A stretch of DNA of 64,000 nucleotides, taken from NCBI GenBank assembly GCA_024679065.1, contig JAGIQG010000037.1, positions 14,942,001 to 15,006,000 of the forward strand, in the 5' to 3' direction. The position numbers and the translations under genes were made by a program. Below the pieces are notes generated by a model. That model was not told the DNA's origin, made no database searches, and saw only the letters and a list, made by a program, of their open reading frames with translations. The stretch's first letter is position 1. The number at the start of each line of letters is the position of its first letter. Positions 11,601 through 23,649 of the stretch are shown piece by piece. Source of the DNA: Sphyrna mokarran (lineage: Eukaryota).

Positions 11601-14600
11601 ATTGCCAGTCATTGGGAGCCGCATTTGGAACACAGCAGCACAGGGGACTCACCTAATTGATAGGAGGCAGAGAGAGAGAGACAGCGAGAGAGAAACAGAG
11701 AGGGAGAGACAGCGAGAGAGAGACAGAGAGGGAGAGACAGCGAGAGAGAGAGAGACAGAGAGGGAGAGACAGCGAGGGAGAGGGAGACAGAGAGCGAGAG
11801 AGACAGCGAGAGGGAGAGACAGCGAGAGAGGGAGAGACAGCGNNNNNNNNNNNNNNNNNNNNNNNNNNNNNNNNNNNNNNNNNNNNNNNNNNNNNNNNNN
11901 NNNNNNNNNNNNNNNNNNNNNNNNNNNNNNNNNNNNNNNNNNNNNNNNNNNNNNNNNNNNNNNNNNNNNNNNNNNNNNNNNNNNNNNNNNNNNNNNNNNN
12001 NNNTGAGGGGATGGGGGGGAGAGACGCAGGGAGAGAGGGATAGAGTGGGGGCGGGGAGAGAGGCAGGGAGTGTGAGAGGGAGAGACAGTGAGAGAAAAAA
12101 GGTGAGGGGATGGGGGGGCGTGGGGAAAGGCAGAGAAAGGGAGAGAGAGAGATAGAGAGGGGGGAGAGGCTGAGAGAGAGAGAGATTGGGGGGGGAGAGG
12201 CAGGGAGTGAGTGAGAGGGAGAGAGAGTATTTAAAGTTTTAAACTTCATTTATTGGTCTAACAAGTAAGGCCTACATTAACAACTGAATGAAGTTACTGA
12301 GACAGATACAGAGAAAGAAATAGAGGGAGAGTTTAAAGATTATTTCTTACTGTTACATTAACACACAGAGAGAGGGAGTATCCAGAGTGGGTTCAGTAAC
12401 ACATTTACTCCTCAGCTCTCTCTCTCTGACTCTTTCAGAATGAGATATTTAGCCAGAATGGTTTCACTGACGTTGTTCCGCAGACAATCCAGCCTGGCTC
12501 TCAGACACACACACATTCCCTCTGCTCTGTCCAAGGCAATGTTTTAAACTCAGGAATTCAAGTTTAAGAGCAATCACAAACCCCCCGCTGCCTTTGAACC
12601 AACGGAATCAGCCCTTTTCCTTTACCATATGGGTTTAATCCAGACCTACAGACACAAATCTGTCTGTCAGCCTGCCTGGGAGAGTTGGGAGGGTGAATAT
12701 CAGATACAGAGGATGTAAGGACAGAGTGTGGGATGGAGATTTACAGCCTCTGGGGGCGACGAGAGGGCAAAGAATGTCCCAAAGAAACTCAAGGAATTTC
12801 TTCTGAATTTCTCCCCTGTAACTGACAGTGATGTCTGTTGTAAATTCCTGTTGTAAATTGGCTGTGCTAAATTGCCCCCTTGGAGTCCAAAGATGTGCAT
12901 GTTACGGGGATTGGCCCTGCTAAATTGTCCGTTAGTGTCCAAAGATGTGCAGGTTAGGTAGATTGGCCATGCTAAATTGCTCCTTAGTGTCCAAAGATGT
13001 GCAGGTTAGGGGGGATTGGCCATGCTAAATTGCTCCTTAGTGTCCAAAGATGTGCAGGTTAGGGTGGATTGGCCATGCTAAATTGTCCCTTAGTGTCCAA
13101 AGATGTGCAGGTTAGGGTGGATTGGCCATGCTAAATTGTCCTTAGTGTCCAAAGATGTGCAGGTTAGGGTGGATTGCCATGCTAAATTGTCCTTAGTGTC
13201 CAAAGATGTGCAGGTAGGTGGATTGGTTTCCATGCTAAATTGCCTCCTTAGTGTCCAAAGATGTGTAGGTTAGGTGGATTGGCCATGCTAAATTGCCCCT
13301 TAGTGTCCAAAGATAAGCAGGTTAGGTGGATTGGCCATGCTAAATTGCCCCTTAGTGTCCAAAGATGTGCATGTTACGGGGATTGGCCCTGCTAAATTGC
13401 CCCTTAGTGTCCAAAGATATGCAGGTTAGGTGGATTGGCCATGATAAATTGTCCGTTAGTGTCAGAGGGTTAGTAGGTTAAATAAGTGGTGCTATGAGTG
13501 TAGGACCTGGGTATAGTCAGAGTGGATTCGATGGGTCGAATGTCCTTATTCAACACTGTATGGATTGTATGACTGGGTGCAGGAAGAGGGTTTGGAAAGA
13601 GCACCTTGGGTCAGCATTGGCGGGATGGGCTAAATGGCCTCTTTCTATGCTGTATCATGGTTCGAAGTCTGGGTGAACATCTTTTGCTGATTTAGTAAAG
13701 ATTGGTAACTTCTTTGCAATCTGCCATGATTTTGACCTGTTTGACTGTTAGATAGAAACGTAACCTCCTGCCCTAGAGAGGGCATGAGCAATTACACTGC
13801 TCAATCCCTTTGATATCCCACCCGATCCAGTTCTCTATCTCTCAGGTTCCTTGCCTTTTGAAGTTATCCTTTTGTATAACTTTGGGGTCACCAAAAACTC
13901 AAATGGACTCGCTCCAAGAGCAGGTCAGAGGCTAGGAATATTGCGGCGAATAACTCATCCCCTGAGTCCCCCCCAAAGCCCGTCCATCACCTACAAGGAC
14001 ACAAGTTCAGGAGTGTGATGGAATACTCCCCGCTTGCCTGGATGGGTGCGTCTCCAACAACACTCGAGAAGCTCGACACGATCCCATTAGCACCCCATTC
14101 ACAAATGCTCACTCCCCGTCCTGAGGGAGGACCAGGACAGGTTGTTGGTGATCTGGACACCTAAAAAACTTGAAGCTCTTGACCCTTTCTACTTTGCTGA
14201 CGCAGACTTTGTAGATGTTCTGCTCTACGCTTGCTGAAGTTGATGAGAATCTCCTTCATTTTGTTGACATAGAGGGAGAGATTATTGTCACCGCACCAGT
14301 CCACCAGATTCTCTACCTCATTCCTGTAGATTGCGGGCACGTTACTTGTGACTAAAACTGAGGTCTTAACACTTTCTGAACACGTAAATGATGAATTAAC
14401 TTTCGCTACACACCAGGTGGGATAATTCATGGTGTTTCTACGAAGCTTGCGTGACCCATAATATTCTATGATTGAATTTGGTTAGGATGGGGAAGAGAGG
14501 TTTCACTCCAAGTCTGATCCGTTTTATCAACAACAAAGTTTAATTAAGCATATTGTTGATATGTACAGTAAGACACTTAGCAAGAACTTTTAACAGTTAG

Positions 14601-15029
14601 AAAAAAATAGACACAACAACCACAATAACTCTGAAGGAAACATACTGCATAAGTCAACATCCAAAAAAAAAACCCTCCAAATAAGCACAATATAACATCG
14701 GTTCCTGCCCACTTGTTACAGGAATCCAGCCTCCTGGGTTGAACGCTGGAAAAACCCCTTGTTTCCAAGGGTTGAACACTGGAAACCCCTTCTTTCTCCT
14801 TCTGTGAAGAAACTCATTGAACAGGTTGTAGTCAAATCTGTTTCCCAAAGCACAGCTTCTTTAAGGCAAGACATCAACAAGCCTCTTCTTCTTAGTTTCA
14901 GAACCAAAGGAAAGAGAAGGGCAGGGAGAGGGACTGCCTCTGAGCTTTGTTGCTTCAAAAAAAAATGAAATCCCTAGAGGAAAAAAAAACTATCACTCGA
15001 TGTGACCAAACAAAACAGAAAGCCCTTTA

Positions 15030-15310
15030 ACCTAAGAGAGGCGTGGACAAAGTGGATAGTCAGAAGCTTTTTCCCCCCAGAGTGGAAGGTGCGAGGGGCA
15101 AAGTTTAAAGGAGAAGTACAGAGGGTGGTGGGTGCCTGGTGGGGGAAGTAGTGAAAGCAGATACGGTAGTGACTTTTAAGGGGAGTTTGGACAAACATAT
15201 GAATAGGATGGGAATAGAGGGTCGCCGGAAGGGTAGAGGGTTTTAGTTCAGTGGGTCGGTGCGTGCTTGGAGGGGGCCGGAGGGCCTGTTCTTGTGCTGT
15301 AATTTCCTTT
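15030..15310 (+). mobile_element. CR1 3' end fragment
   Basis: Degenerate CR1 ORF2 end (cttttccccagagtgg..tttaagg..ttggacaaacatatgaat) and the agggcctgttcttgtgctgt tail. Confidence 0.65.
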
Positions 15311-15856
15311 ATTGTTTGAAAGCGTGATTTTTTTTAAATAAAAAAGAGCTTAAAGGTACACATACATCATGCCAACAATGGAAATTTAAAATACTCAAAA
15401 ACTATCTCTATTCCGTTGAAAAAAATGGGATACTCCCCCCTCCCCTGTGGAGCTTACTCTGGTAGTGGAGAGGCTAGTGGGATCCCACCAAAGCCGATGT
15501 TTCTTTTCGACATCTCGTCCGCCGGAAGAAACAGAAACTCCCGCCTCGGTGTCTAAGCACCTGCTGCGCATGAATTAAACAAAAACAGAGTGCAGGGGTA
15601 ACGTGTCACTAGCGACTAACATTCACGATTTAGTCAAAGTTGGGTTGCGATTGGTGTCTACCAAGCGAGATTTAACATAAGGTAACTTCTAAGCAATTTG
15701 CCGCGAGTGTACAACGTGGAAGAAAAGCGGGAGTGTGATCCAGAGAGGTGGAATTAGTTGTTCCGAGCTCGGAGCCTCCAGCGTTCACGGAGATCTTTCG
15801 ATGTGCTTTCCTCTGGGCGGGACCCGGAGTTGCTGGTCTTGGAATTAGAACATCGA

Positions 15857-15930
15857 TCATGTAGGAACCTTGGTCAGTAACAGGAACAGGATCACGGTGC
15901 AGAGCTTTCCTCCACAGAGTTGAGATGGCC
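15857..15930 (-). CDS. Gene A terminal coding exon, GPI-signal-like hydrophobic tail
   Basis: Long polypyrimidine acceptor (ctctcttcttccgcacccttag). The phase-1 frame gives GPSQLCGGKLCTVILFLLLTKVPT* with TGA at 15859-15857. Confidence 0.75.
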
Positions 15931-15989
15931 CTAAGGGTGCGGAAGAAGAGAGGGAGGGGCGTAAGAACACTGGGTCGCATTTTGATCAT

Positions 15990-16480
15990 CAGATGCAATA
16001 TCCTGATCCCCCTTCGCCCCCCCCAAATCCTTCGATCCCTTATCCCCAAGAGCGATATCCAATTCCTTTTTTAAAATCACACAACGGTTTGGACTCAACT
16101 ATCTTCGGTGGGAGTGAAGTCCACCGCCCTCTGAGTGAAGAAATTTCTCTCCTCTATCCTTTATCCTCAAACTATGATCCCCTCCCCGGAGTTCTGGACT
16201 CCCTCCCCCCACCCCCCACCATCAGGGAACATTCTTTCTGAATCTACCCTGTCTAACCCTGTTAGAATTTTATAAGTTTCTATGCGATCCCCTCACTTGT
16301 CTAAACTCCAGTGAATATAATCCTAACCGACTTAATGTCTCCTCGAACGACAGACCCAAGATTCAGCCCGGTAGACCTTTGCTGTACTTCCTCTATACCC
16401 TTCCTCAGACACGGAGACCAAAACTGCACACAATACTCCAGGTGTGGCCTCACCGACACCCTGTATAATTGCAGTAAAAT
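15990..16480 (-). mobile_element. CR1 LINE fragment
   Basis: The - strand encodes LYRVSVRPHLEYCVQFWSP. Related fragments lie at about 1885-2225 and 36555-36880. Confidence 0.8.
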
Positions 16481-16634
16481 ATTAGTGGGCCTCTTCCCAT
16501 TCTGTGTACTCTCTGGTGGGAATGGGGATGGGCCAAAGGGCCTGTTTTCTGCGTTGTACATCTCCAAGACTGGATGGTGGGAATGGGGGATCCTCCAGAA
16601 CTGTAAGAGTGTCGAGGTCTTGGTGAGTTGTGGA

Positions 16635-17200
16635 GCAACGTGGTGGCACAGTGGGTTAGCACTGCTGCCTCACAGGGTCAGGGACGCGGGTTCGATTCCC
16701 GGCTCGGGTCACCATCTGTGTGGAGTCTGCACATTCTCCTCGTGTTTGCGTGGGTTTCCTCCGGGTGCTCCGGTTTCCTCCCACAGTCCAAAGATGTGCA
16801 GGTTAGGTGGATTGGCCATGCTAAATTGTCCCTTAGTATCCAAAGATGTGCAGATTAGGTGGATTGGCCATGCTAAATTGTCCCTTAGTATCCAAAGATG
16901 TGCAGATTAGGTGGATTGGCCATGCTAAATTGTCCCTTAGTATCCAAAGATGTGCAGATTAGGTGGATTGGCCATGCTAAATTGTCCCTTAGTGTCCAAA
17001 GATGTGCAGGTTAGGTGGATTGGCCGTGCTAAATTGCCCCTCAGTGTCCAAAGATTTGCAGGTTAGGGGGATTGGCCATGCTAAATTGCCCCTTAGTGTC
17101 AGGGGAACAGCTAGGACAGATACATGGGGTTATGGGGATAGGGCGTGGGTGGGATTGTGATCGGTGCAGGCTCAATGGGCCGAATGGCCTCCTGTAGGGA
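16635..17200 (+). mobile_element. HE1/V-SINE with internal 52-bp tandem expansion (representative copy)
   Basis: tRNA-like head (tggcacagtgg..gggttcgattcc), V-domain (tgtggagtctgcacattctcc..gggtgctccggtttcctcccacag) and CR1-like tail (gggccgaatggcctcc). Other copies at about 360-640, 780-1030, 18092-18265, 22985-23135, 35670-35920, 37030-37340, 43850-44035, 49255-50400, 51830-52060, 52540-52900, 54590-55640, 57890-58150 and 62780-63900. Confidence 0.88.
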
Positions 17201-17627
17201 TTCTGTGTGGCAATACTAAATCAAATCTAACAATGCAATCAAATCGAAGGTAAGTGCCACAGTGGCCGCAGGGAACGTCCTGAGCTTATGGAAGGAGCTA
17301 TATAAATGAAAGTCTGGGCTGCAACTTATCACGGTGTCGCCTTAAGAGACAATGAGTAAGCGGCCAAGGTGTATACCGTGTGACCAGCAGCCTTCGTTGA
17401 GGGAGGGCGGAGGGGGGGGTCTCCCAGTTTTGGAAGTGTGGAGGAATTCCCACCTTCCTGTTGTTAACAATAGCTGTCAAATCTTTGTAGTCAAACCTGC
17501 CCGCTGGGACGTCCTGCGACCAATCATCGCATGACCCCTCCCCCCCCCACAAATCCGGGCCCCGTGCATGCATAGGGAGTGTTGGGAGGAGGGGAATGAG
17601 TCCAGAGAGAAAAAAATGTTTTCCTAC

Positions 17628-17987
17628 CCGAATTCACCAACAGTTCCACGTGCGCACATTTTGTAGCGCGGCCTCCATCTCTCAGGAAGCAGGTGTAGTT
17701 TCCGGAATCTTGCGTCTGCAGCTGGGTGATCTTCAGGGTGGCATTCCTGCTTTGAGTCCAGGAGGGAGGGAGAGACGTGCGCTTTGTAAATCTCTGATCC
17801 TGGGATTCCGACCGCGTCCCATTCTGATATTCTCCCAGTACAACTACAGTCTTGCTTCCAAGATCCAGTTGCCAGGAGACTAACAGATCCTTTGACGAAT
17901 TCACTTCCCGAAAGTAACAGGGCAGTAACGCTATACCCTTCTTTGACACATTCATCACTCGGTTCTCTGCCTGACACTTGATAGCGT
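17628..17987 (-). CDS. Gene A IgV-set exon, B7-family-like (CD86/ICOSL/B7-H3 type)
   Basis: 360-nt phase 1-1 exon (tcttacag acceptor, G|GTAGGA donor). Contains LLPCYF, LLVSWQ, QDQRFTKRTSL, NATLKITQLQTQDSGNYTC, i.e. canonical B-strand Cys, C-strand Trp and DxGxYxC. Five N-glycosylation sequons. Confidence 0.9.
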
Positions 17988-18264
17988 CTGTAAGAAAGAC
18001 GACAAAGTTACAACACGTTCTGAAAAAACTCAGCCACACCCTGTACCTATCTAGCTCAACACCTCCATCTGTCATTCCCTGAACTTTACTAGCATGGTGG
18101 CACAGTGGGTTAGCACTGCTGCCTCACGGCGCCAGGGTCCTGGGTTCGATTCCCGGATTGGGACACTGTCTGTGTGGAATCTGCATGTTCTCCCCGTGTC
18201 TGCGTGGGTTTCCTCCAGTTGCTCCGGTTTCCTCCCACAGTCCGAAAGACACGCTGGTTGGGTG

Positions 18265-20170
18265 TTCCCTTTACACTGTCCCCCCCATCAAACACTCCCA
18301 GGACAGGTACAGCATGGGGTTAGATACAGAGTAAAGCTCCCTTTACACTGTCCCTCCATCAAACACTCCCAGGACAGGTACAGCATGGGGTGAGATACAG
18401 AGTAAAGCTCCCTCTACACTGTCCCCCCATCAAACACTCCCAGGACAGGTACAGCACGGGGTTAGATACAGAGTAAAGCTCCCTCTACACTGTCCCCCCA
18501 TCAAACACTCCCAGGACAGGTACAGCACGGGGTTAGATACAGAGTAAAGCTCCCTCTACACTGTCCCCCCATCAAACACTCCCAGGACAGGTACAGCACG
18601 GGGTTAGATACAGAGTAAAGCTCCCTCTACACTGTCCCCATCAAACACTCCCAGGACAGGTACAGCACGGGGTTAGATACAGAGTAAAGCTCCCTCTACA
18701 CTGTTCCCCCATCAAACACTCCCAGGACAGGTACAGCACGGGGTTAGATACAGAGTAAAGCTCCCTCTACACTGTCCCCATCAAACACTCCCAGGACAGG
18801 TACAGCACGGGGTTAGATACAGAGTAAAGCTCCCTCTACACTGTCCCCCCATCAAACACTCCCAGGACAGGTACAGCACGGGGTTAGATACAGAGTAAAG
18901 CTCCCTCTACACTGTCCCCCATCAAACACTCCCAGGACAGGTACAGCACGGGGTTAGATACAGAGTAAAGCTCCCTCTACACTGTCCCCCATCAAACACT
19001 CCCAGGACAGATACAGCACGGAGTTAGATACAGAGTAAAGCTCCCTCTACACTGTCCCCCATCAAACACTCCCAGGACAGGTACAGCACGGGGTTAGATA
19101 CAGAGTAAAGCTCCCTCTACACTGTTCCCCCATCAAACACTCCCAGGACAGGTACAGCACGGGGTTAGATACAGAGTAAAGCTCCCTCTACACTGTCCAT
19201 CAAACACTCCCAGGACAGGTACAGCATGGGGTTAGATACAGAGTAAAGCTCCCTCTACACTGTCCCCCCATCAAACACTCCCAGGACAGGTACAGCACGG
19301 GGTTAGATACAGAGTAAAGCTCCCTCTACGCTGTCCCCGTCAAAACTTGGAGGACAGATACAGCACGAGTTAGATACAGAGTAAAGCTCCCTCTACACTG
19401 TCCCCCAATCAAACACTCCCAGGACAGGTACAGCACGGGGTTAGATACAGAGTAAAGCTCCATCTACACTGTTCCCCCATCAAACACTCACAGGACAGGT
19501 ACAGCACGGGGTTAGATACAGAGTAAAGCTCCCTCTACACTGTCCCCCCATCAAACACTCACAGGACAGCGACTGCACGGGGTTAGATACAGAGTAAAGT
19601 TCCCTCTACACTGTTCCCCCATCAAACACTCCCAGGACAGGTACAGCACGGGGTTAGATACAGAGTAAAGCTCCATCTACACTGTTCCCCCATCAAACAC
19701 TCACAGGACAGCGACTGCACGGGGTTAGATACAGAGTAAAGCTCCCTCTACGCTGTCCCCCCATCAAACACTCCCAGGACAGGTACAGCACGGGGTTAGA
19801 TACAGAGTAAAGCTCCATCTACACTGTTCCCCCATCAAACACTCCCAGGACAGCGACTGCACGGGGTTAGATACAGAGTAAAGCTCCCTCTACGCTGTCC
19901 CCCCATCAAACACTCCCAGGACAGGTACAGCACGGGGTTAGATACAGAGTAAAGCTCCCTCTACACTGTCCCCCCATCAAACACTCCCAGGACAGGTACA
20001 GCACGGGGTTAGATACAGAGTAAAGCCCCCTCTACACTGTCCCCATCAAACACTCCCAGGACAGGTACAGCACGGGGTTAGATACAGAGTAAAGCTCCCT
20101 CTACGCTGTCCCCCCATCAAACACTCCCAGGACAGCGACTGCACGGGGTTAGATACAGAGTAAAGCTCTC
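18265..20170. repeat. About 70-bp minisatellite in the gene A leader-V intron
   Basis: Unit ctccctctacactgtcccccatcaaacactcccaggacaggtacagcacggggttagatacagagtaaag. Confidence 0.95.
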
Positions 20171-20294
20171 TCTATAGTTTAATGGTGAACGAGCGAGGGA
20201 GACGCTTGCTCTGAGTCCAGGGCGATATTTGGGGGGGGGGGGGAGGTGCGGGTGTGCAGTGGGTTGGAGGAGGGGGAGAGATATGTCTTCTTAC

Positions 20295-20358
20295 CTGTCT
20301 GTGAGATTCCAGTGAGTAGGAGCAGAGAGAGGATCAGCCCGGGATCTGTGACCACCAT
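20295..20358 (-). CDS. Gene A leader (signal peptide) exon
   Basis: ATG at 20358. Encodes MVVTDPGLILSLLLLTGISQT plus 1 nt, with an ACAG|GTAAGA phase-1 donor. An upstream acceptor (ttttgtctccag, exon start about 20381) implies a 5' UTR exon further upstream. Confidence 0.85.
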
Positions 20359-20844
20359 CTCTGTAATCAGTGCAAACCTGCCTGGAGACAAAAAATGAAA
20401 TCTTTGGTCATCAGCGTCCTGTTTTAATCCCCGAGTCCCATTGCAAACAACAAACCCCACCACACCCCGTGTCTCAGGAAGCTATGGCACTTTTGTCCAG
20501 TGGCTCTGAAGGATGGGGAGGGGGAGGAGGGTGGGGTGACTGGATGATTGAAAAGTAAATATTTAGCCTGCCTCTCTGGGCTGTGGTGAATGGGTAGTGC
20601 CCGGGGGGGGGGGGGGGGGTGTGGTGCTGGGTGAGAGGGCTAGGTATGTGTTCCCACACACATCCTGTAAACTGGGCCAACAGTCTGCTGCTAAGCTGTG
20701 TGAGTTCTAGGCAGAGTTGTGAGGGAGCTCGTGTGTAAAGCTCTCTCAGCACTGTGGGTTACTCAGTTTCCTACTTTGTAGAGATTACTGGCTGTAACTT
20801 CAACTGACTGCGACCCCAGTCTCTGCAATTCTCTCCTCAAACTT

Positions 20845-21950
20845 CTCTATCTCTCCATCTCTCTCTCTCTCCCTCTCTCTGTCTCTTTCTTTCCCTCTGT
20901 CCCCTCCCCCCCCCCCCCCCCCCCCCCCAATTTCTCCTTCCCCAAACCAACCCCCCCCATCAAACTATCCCTTCTCTCTGTCTCTCTCGTCTCTGTCAAT
21001 CTGTCTCTTTTTCTTTCTCAGTCTCTTTCTTTCTGTCTCTCTCGATCTCTCACCCCCTGTTTTTCTCTCTCTCTCTCCCCATCTCTCCTCTCTCTCTCTC
21101 TCCGTCTCTCTCTCTCTCCCCCTCCGTCTCTCTCTCTCCGTCTCTCTCTCTCATTCTTCCGTCTCTCTCTCTCTCCCCCAATCTGNNNNNNNNNNNNNNN
21201 NNNNNNNNNNNNNNNNNNNNNNNNNNNNNNNNNNNNNNNNNNNNNNNNNNNNNNNNNNNNNNNNNNNNNNNNNNNNNNNNNNNNNNNNNNNNNNNNNNNN
21301 NNNNNNNNNNNNNNNNNNNNNNNNNNNNNNNNNNNNNNNNNNNNNNNNNNNNNNNNNNNNNNNNNNNNNNNNNNNNNNNNNNNNNNNNNNNNNNNNNNNN
21401 NNNNNNNNNNNNNNNNNNNNNNNNNNNNNNNNNNNNNNNNNNNNNNNNNNNNNNNNNNNNNNNNNNNNNNNNNNNNNNNNNNNNNNNNNNNNNNNNNNNN
21501 NNNNNNNNNNNNNNNNNNNNNNNNNNNNNNNNNNNNNNNNNNNNNNNNNNNNNNNNNNNNNNNNNNNNNNNNNNNNNNNNNNNNNNNNNNNNNNNNNNNN
21601 NNNNNNNNNNNNNNNNNNNNNNNNNNNNNNNNNNNNNNNTTCTTTCCCCCCGTCTCTCTCTCTCCTCCCGTCTCTCTCTCTCTTTCCCGTCTCTTCTCTC
21701 CCCGTCTCTCTCTCTCTCTCTCTCCCCGTCTCTCCCTCCCCATCTCTCTCGCTTTCTCTCTCTGTCTCTCTCACTCTCTGTCTGTCTTTCTCTCTCTCTC
21801 TGTCTCTCTCTCTCTCTTTGTCTCTCTTCACTCTGTTTCTATCTGTCTGTCCCCCTCTTTTTGTCTCTGTCTCTCTGTTTTTCTCTCTCTCTCTCCACCC
21901 CGTTTTTCTCTCTCTCTGTCTGTCTATCTGTCTCTCTCTCTCTCCCTAAA
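20845..21950. repeat. (CT)n-rich microsatellite around an N gap
   Basis: Read directly. Similar tracts at 7010-7111 (CT/GT), 11668-12230 (GA) and 52915-53460 (GATA/GATG). Confidence 0.9.
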
Positions 21951-23302
21951 TCCAAACTCCACAATCAGGGACCCTGTGCCACCATCTGTGTTACTTTCAC
22001 ATTCTCAGCACTGCTGGAACATTTCATCAGTTAAAAGGTGCTACACAAATGCAAGTTCTTGTTGTTGATATCCCAGAAGGATTTTGGATGCAGAACAGGT
22101 CAAAGGGAGAGTGGGAAAGTGAACATGACAGAAGCTTGTAGATGGAGTGACCACTTCCACACAGGCACTGTGACAGAGTGAGACATTGAAATTCCCCTCA
22201 GCAGACAGAATATTAAATGGAAATTAAATGGGGGCTGGGGGCGGGGAAGAGGATGCAGCGGTGGTTATGAAATGAGGCCACAGATTAGACACAATCTCAC
22301 CGAACGGCCTAACCCTGTCCCGACAGCCCCACGTTATTCCAATGGAGGCGGGAAAAGGGGCGCTATATAAATGCAAGTTCTTCCCACTCTGGTCAAATTG
22401 GCTCCTATCCACAACCTACATATGAAGGGGCAATTTAGCATGGTCAATCCACCTAACCTGCATATCTTTAGACACTAAGGGACAATTTAGCATGGCCAAT
22501 CCACCCTAACCTGCACATCTTTGGACACTAAGGGGCAATTTAGCATGGCCAATCCACCTAACCTGCACATCTTTGGACACTAAGGGATAATTTAGCATGG
22601 CCAATCCACTAACCTGCACATCTTGGACACTAAGGGACAATTTAGCATGGCCAATCCACCTAACCTGCACATCTTTGGACACTAAGGGACAATTTAGCAT
22701 GGCCAATCCACCCTAACCTGCACATCTTTGGATACTAACGGACAATTTAGACTGGTCAATCCACCTAACCTGCACATCTTTAGACACTAACGGACAATTT
22801 AGCATGGTCAATCCACCCTAACTTGCACATCTTTAGACACTAACAGACAATTTAGCATGGCCAATCCACCTAACCTACACGTCTTTGGACACTATGGGGC
22901 AATTTAGCATGGCCAATTTAGCATGGCCAATCCATCCTAACCTGCACATCTTTGGACACTAAGAAGCAATTTAGCACAGCCCCCCACCTCACCTTTCGCA
23001 CTGTGGGAGGAAACCAGAGCACCCGGAGAAAAACCCACGCAGACACAGGAGAGAATGTGCAGACTCTGCATAAACAGTGACCCAAATCGAACCCAGGGTC
23101 CCTGGGCACTGTGAGGCAGCCGCGCTAACCGCCCTTCCATGTGTAGGTTGGGGCGGGGGGGGGGGGGGGGGGGGGGGGGAGTGGAATTAGAAGGGCGAAC
23201 AAGTGAGATTGCAGGGAATAGGGGAGACGCTCCATCTGAGATTCGATGGGCTGAATGGCCCCCTTCTTGTAGGGGAGGGGATCTAAGAGAAAAGAGACCC
23301 AC

Positions 23303-23440
23303 CTGTCAAGGGATACGTGCTTGCTCCAAAGTGCCAACGAGGCGAGATCCAAACTCTGGTTACGAGATTGCAAGGCACACAGCTCTGAAAAGGAAATGTA
23401 CTCCACAGAGAGAGGCACAGAGTCCAGTGTCAGCTCATTC
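23303..23440 (-). other. Candidate non-coding first exon of gene A
   Basis: CAG|GTGGGT donor at 23302. Unique sequence starting about 30 nt downstream of a TATAAA. The 5' end is approximate. Confidence 0.45.
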
Positions 23441-23459
23441 TCAGCAACAGTAACCACTG

Positions 23460-23540
23460 CTGACTGTTTATAATGGGAGACGTGGTTACGTCAGAGTGGT
23501 CATGCTCACATGACTGTGTAAATAGAAGAGGAAATCTTGC
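23460..23540 (-). promoter_or_regulatory. Candidate gene A promoter: TATAAA (23472-23467), CRE/ATF-like TGACGTAA (23493-23486), E-box GTCATGTGA (23514-23506)
   Basis: Motifs read directly on the - strand and clustered in a unique island between repeat arrays. Confidence 0.5.
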
Positions 23541-23649
23541 TGTCAAACAAGGCTGGTGCAAACTAGGATAAAACAGCAGCGTCATCATCACCTCATCAAA
23601 GATTTCCGATTGAATTTCCCAGTCAGACATCCGGCACAAAAACACAGGG

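Noticed and set aside
9721-11652. PHIDPIIR-repeat and Cys/Gln-rich ORFs
   Set aside because: Minisatellite and low-complexity sequence with ORFs on both strands and no domain signature or exon context.
18265-20170. Regular repeats as a CRISPR array
   Set aside because: The DNA is eukaryotic, and the units are head-to-tail with no unique spacers.
15857-20358. Calling gene A THY1, CD86, CD276 or VTCN1, or gene B CTLA4, CD28 or NCR3
   Set aside because: Similarity is at family-motif level only, and the domain architecture differs from each named gene, so no symbol was assigned.
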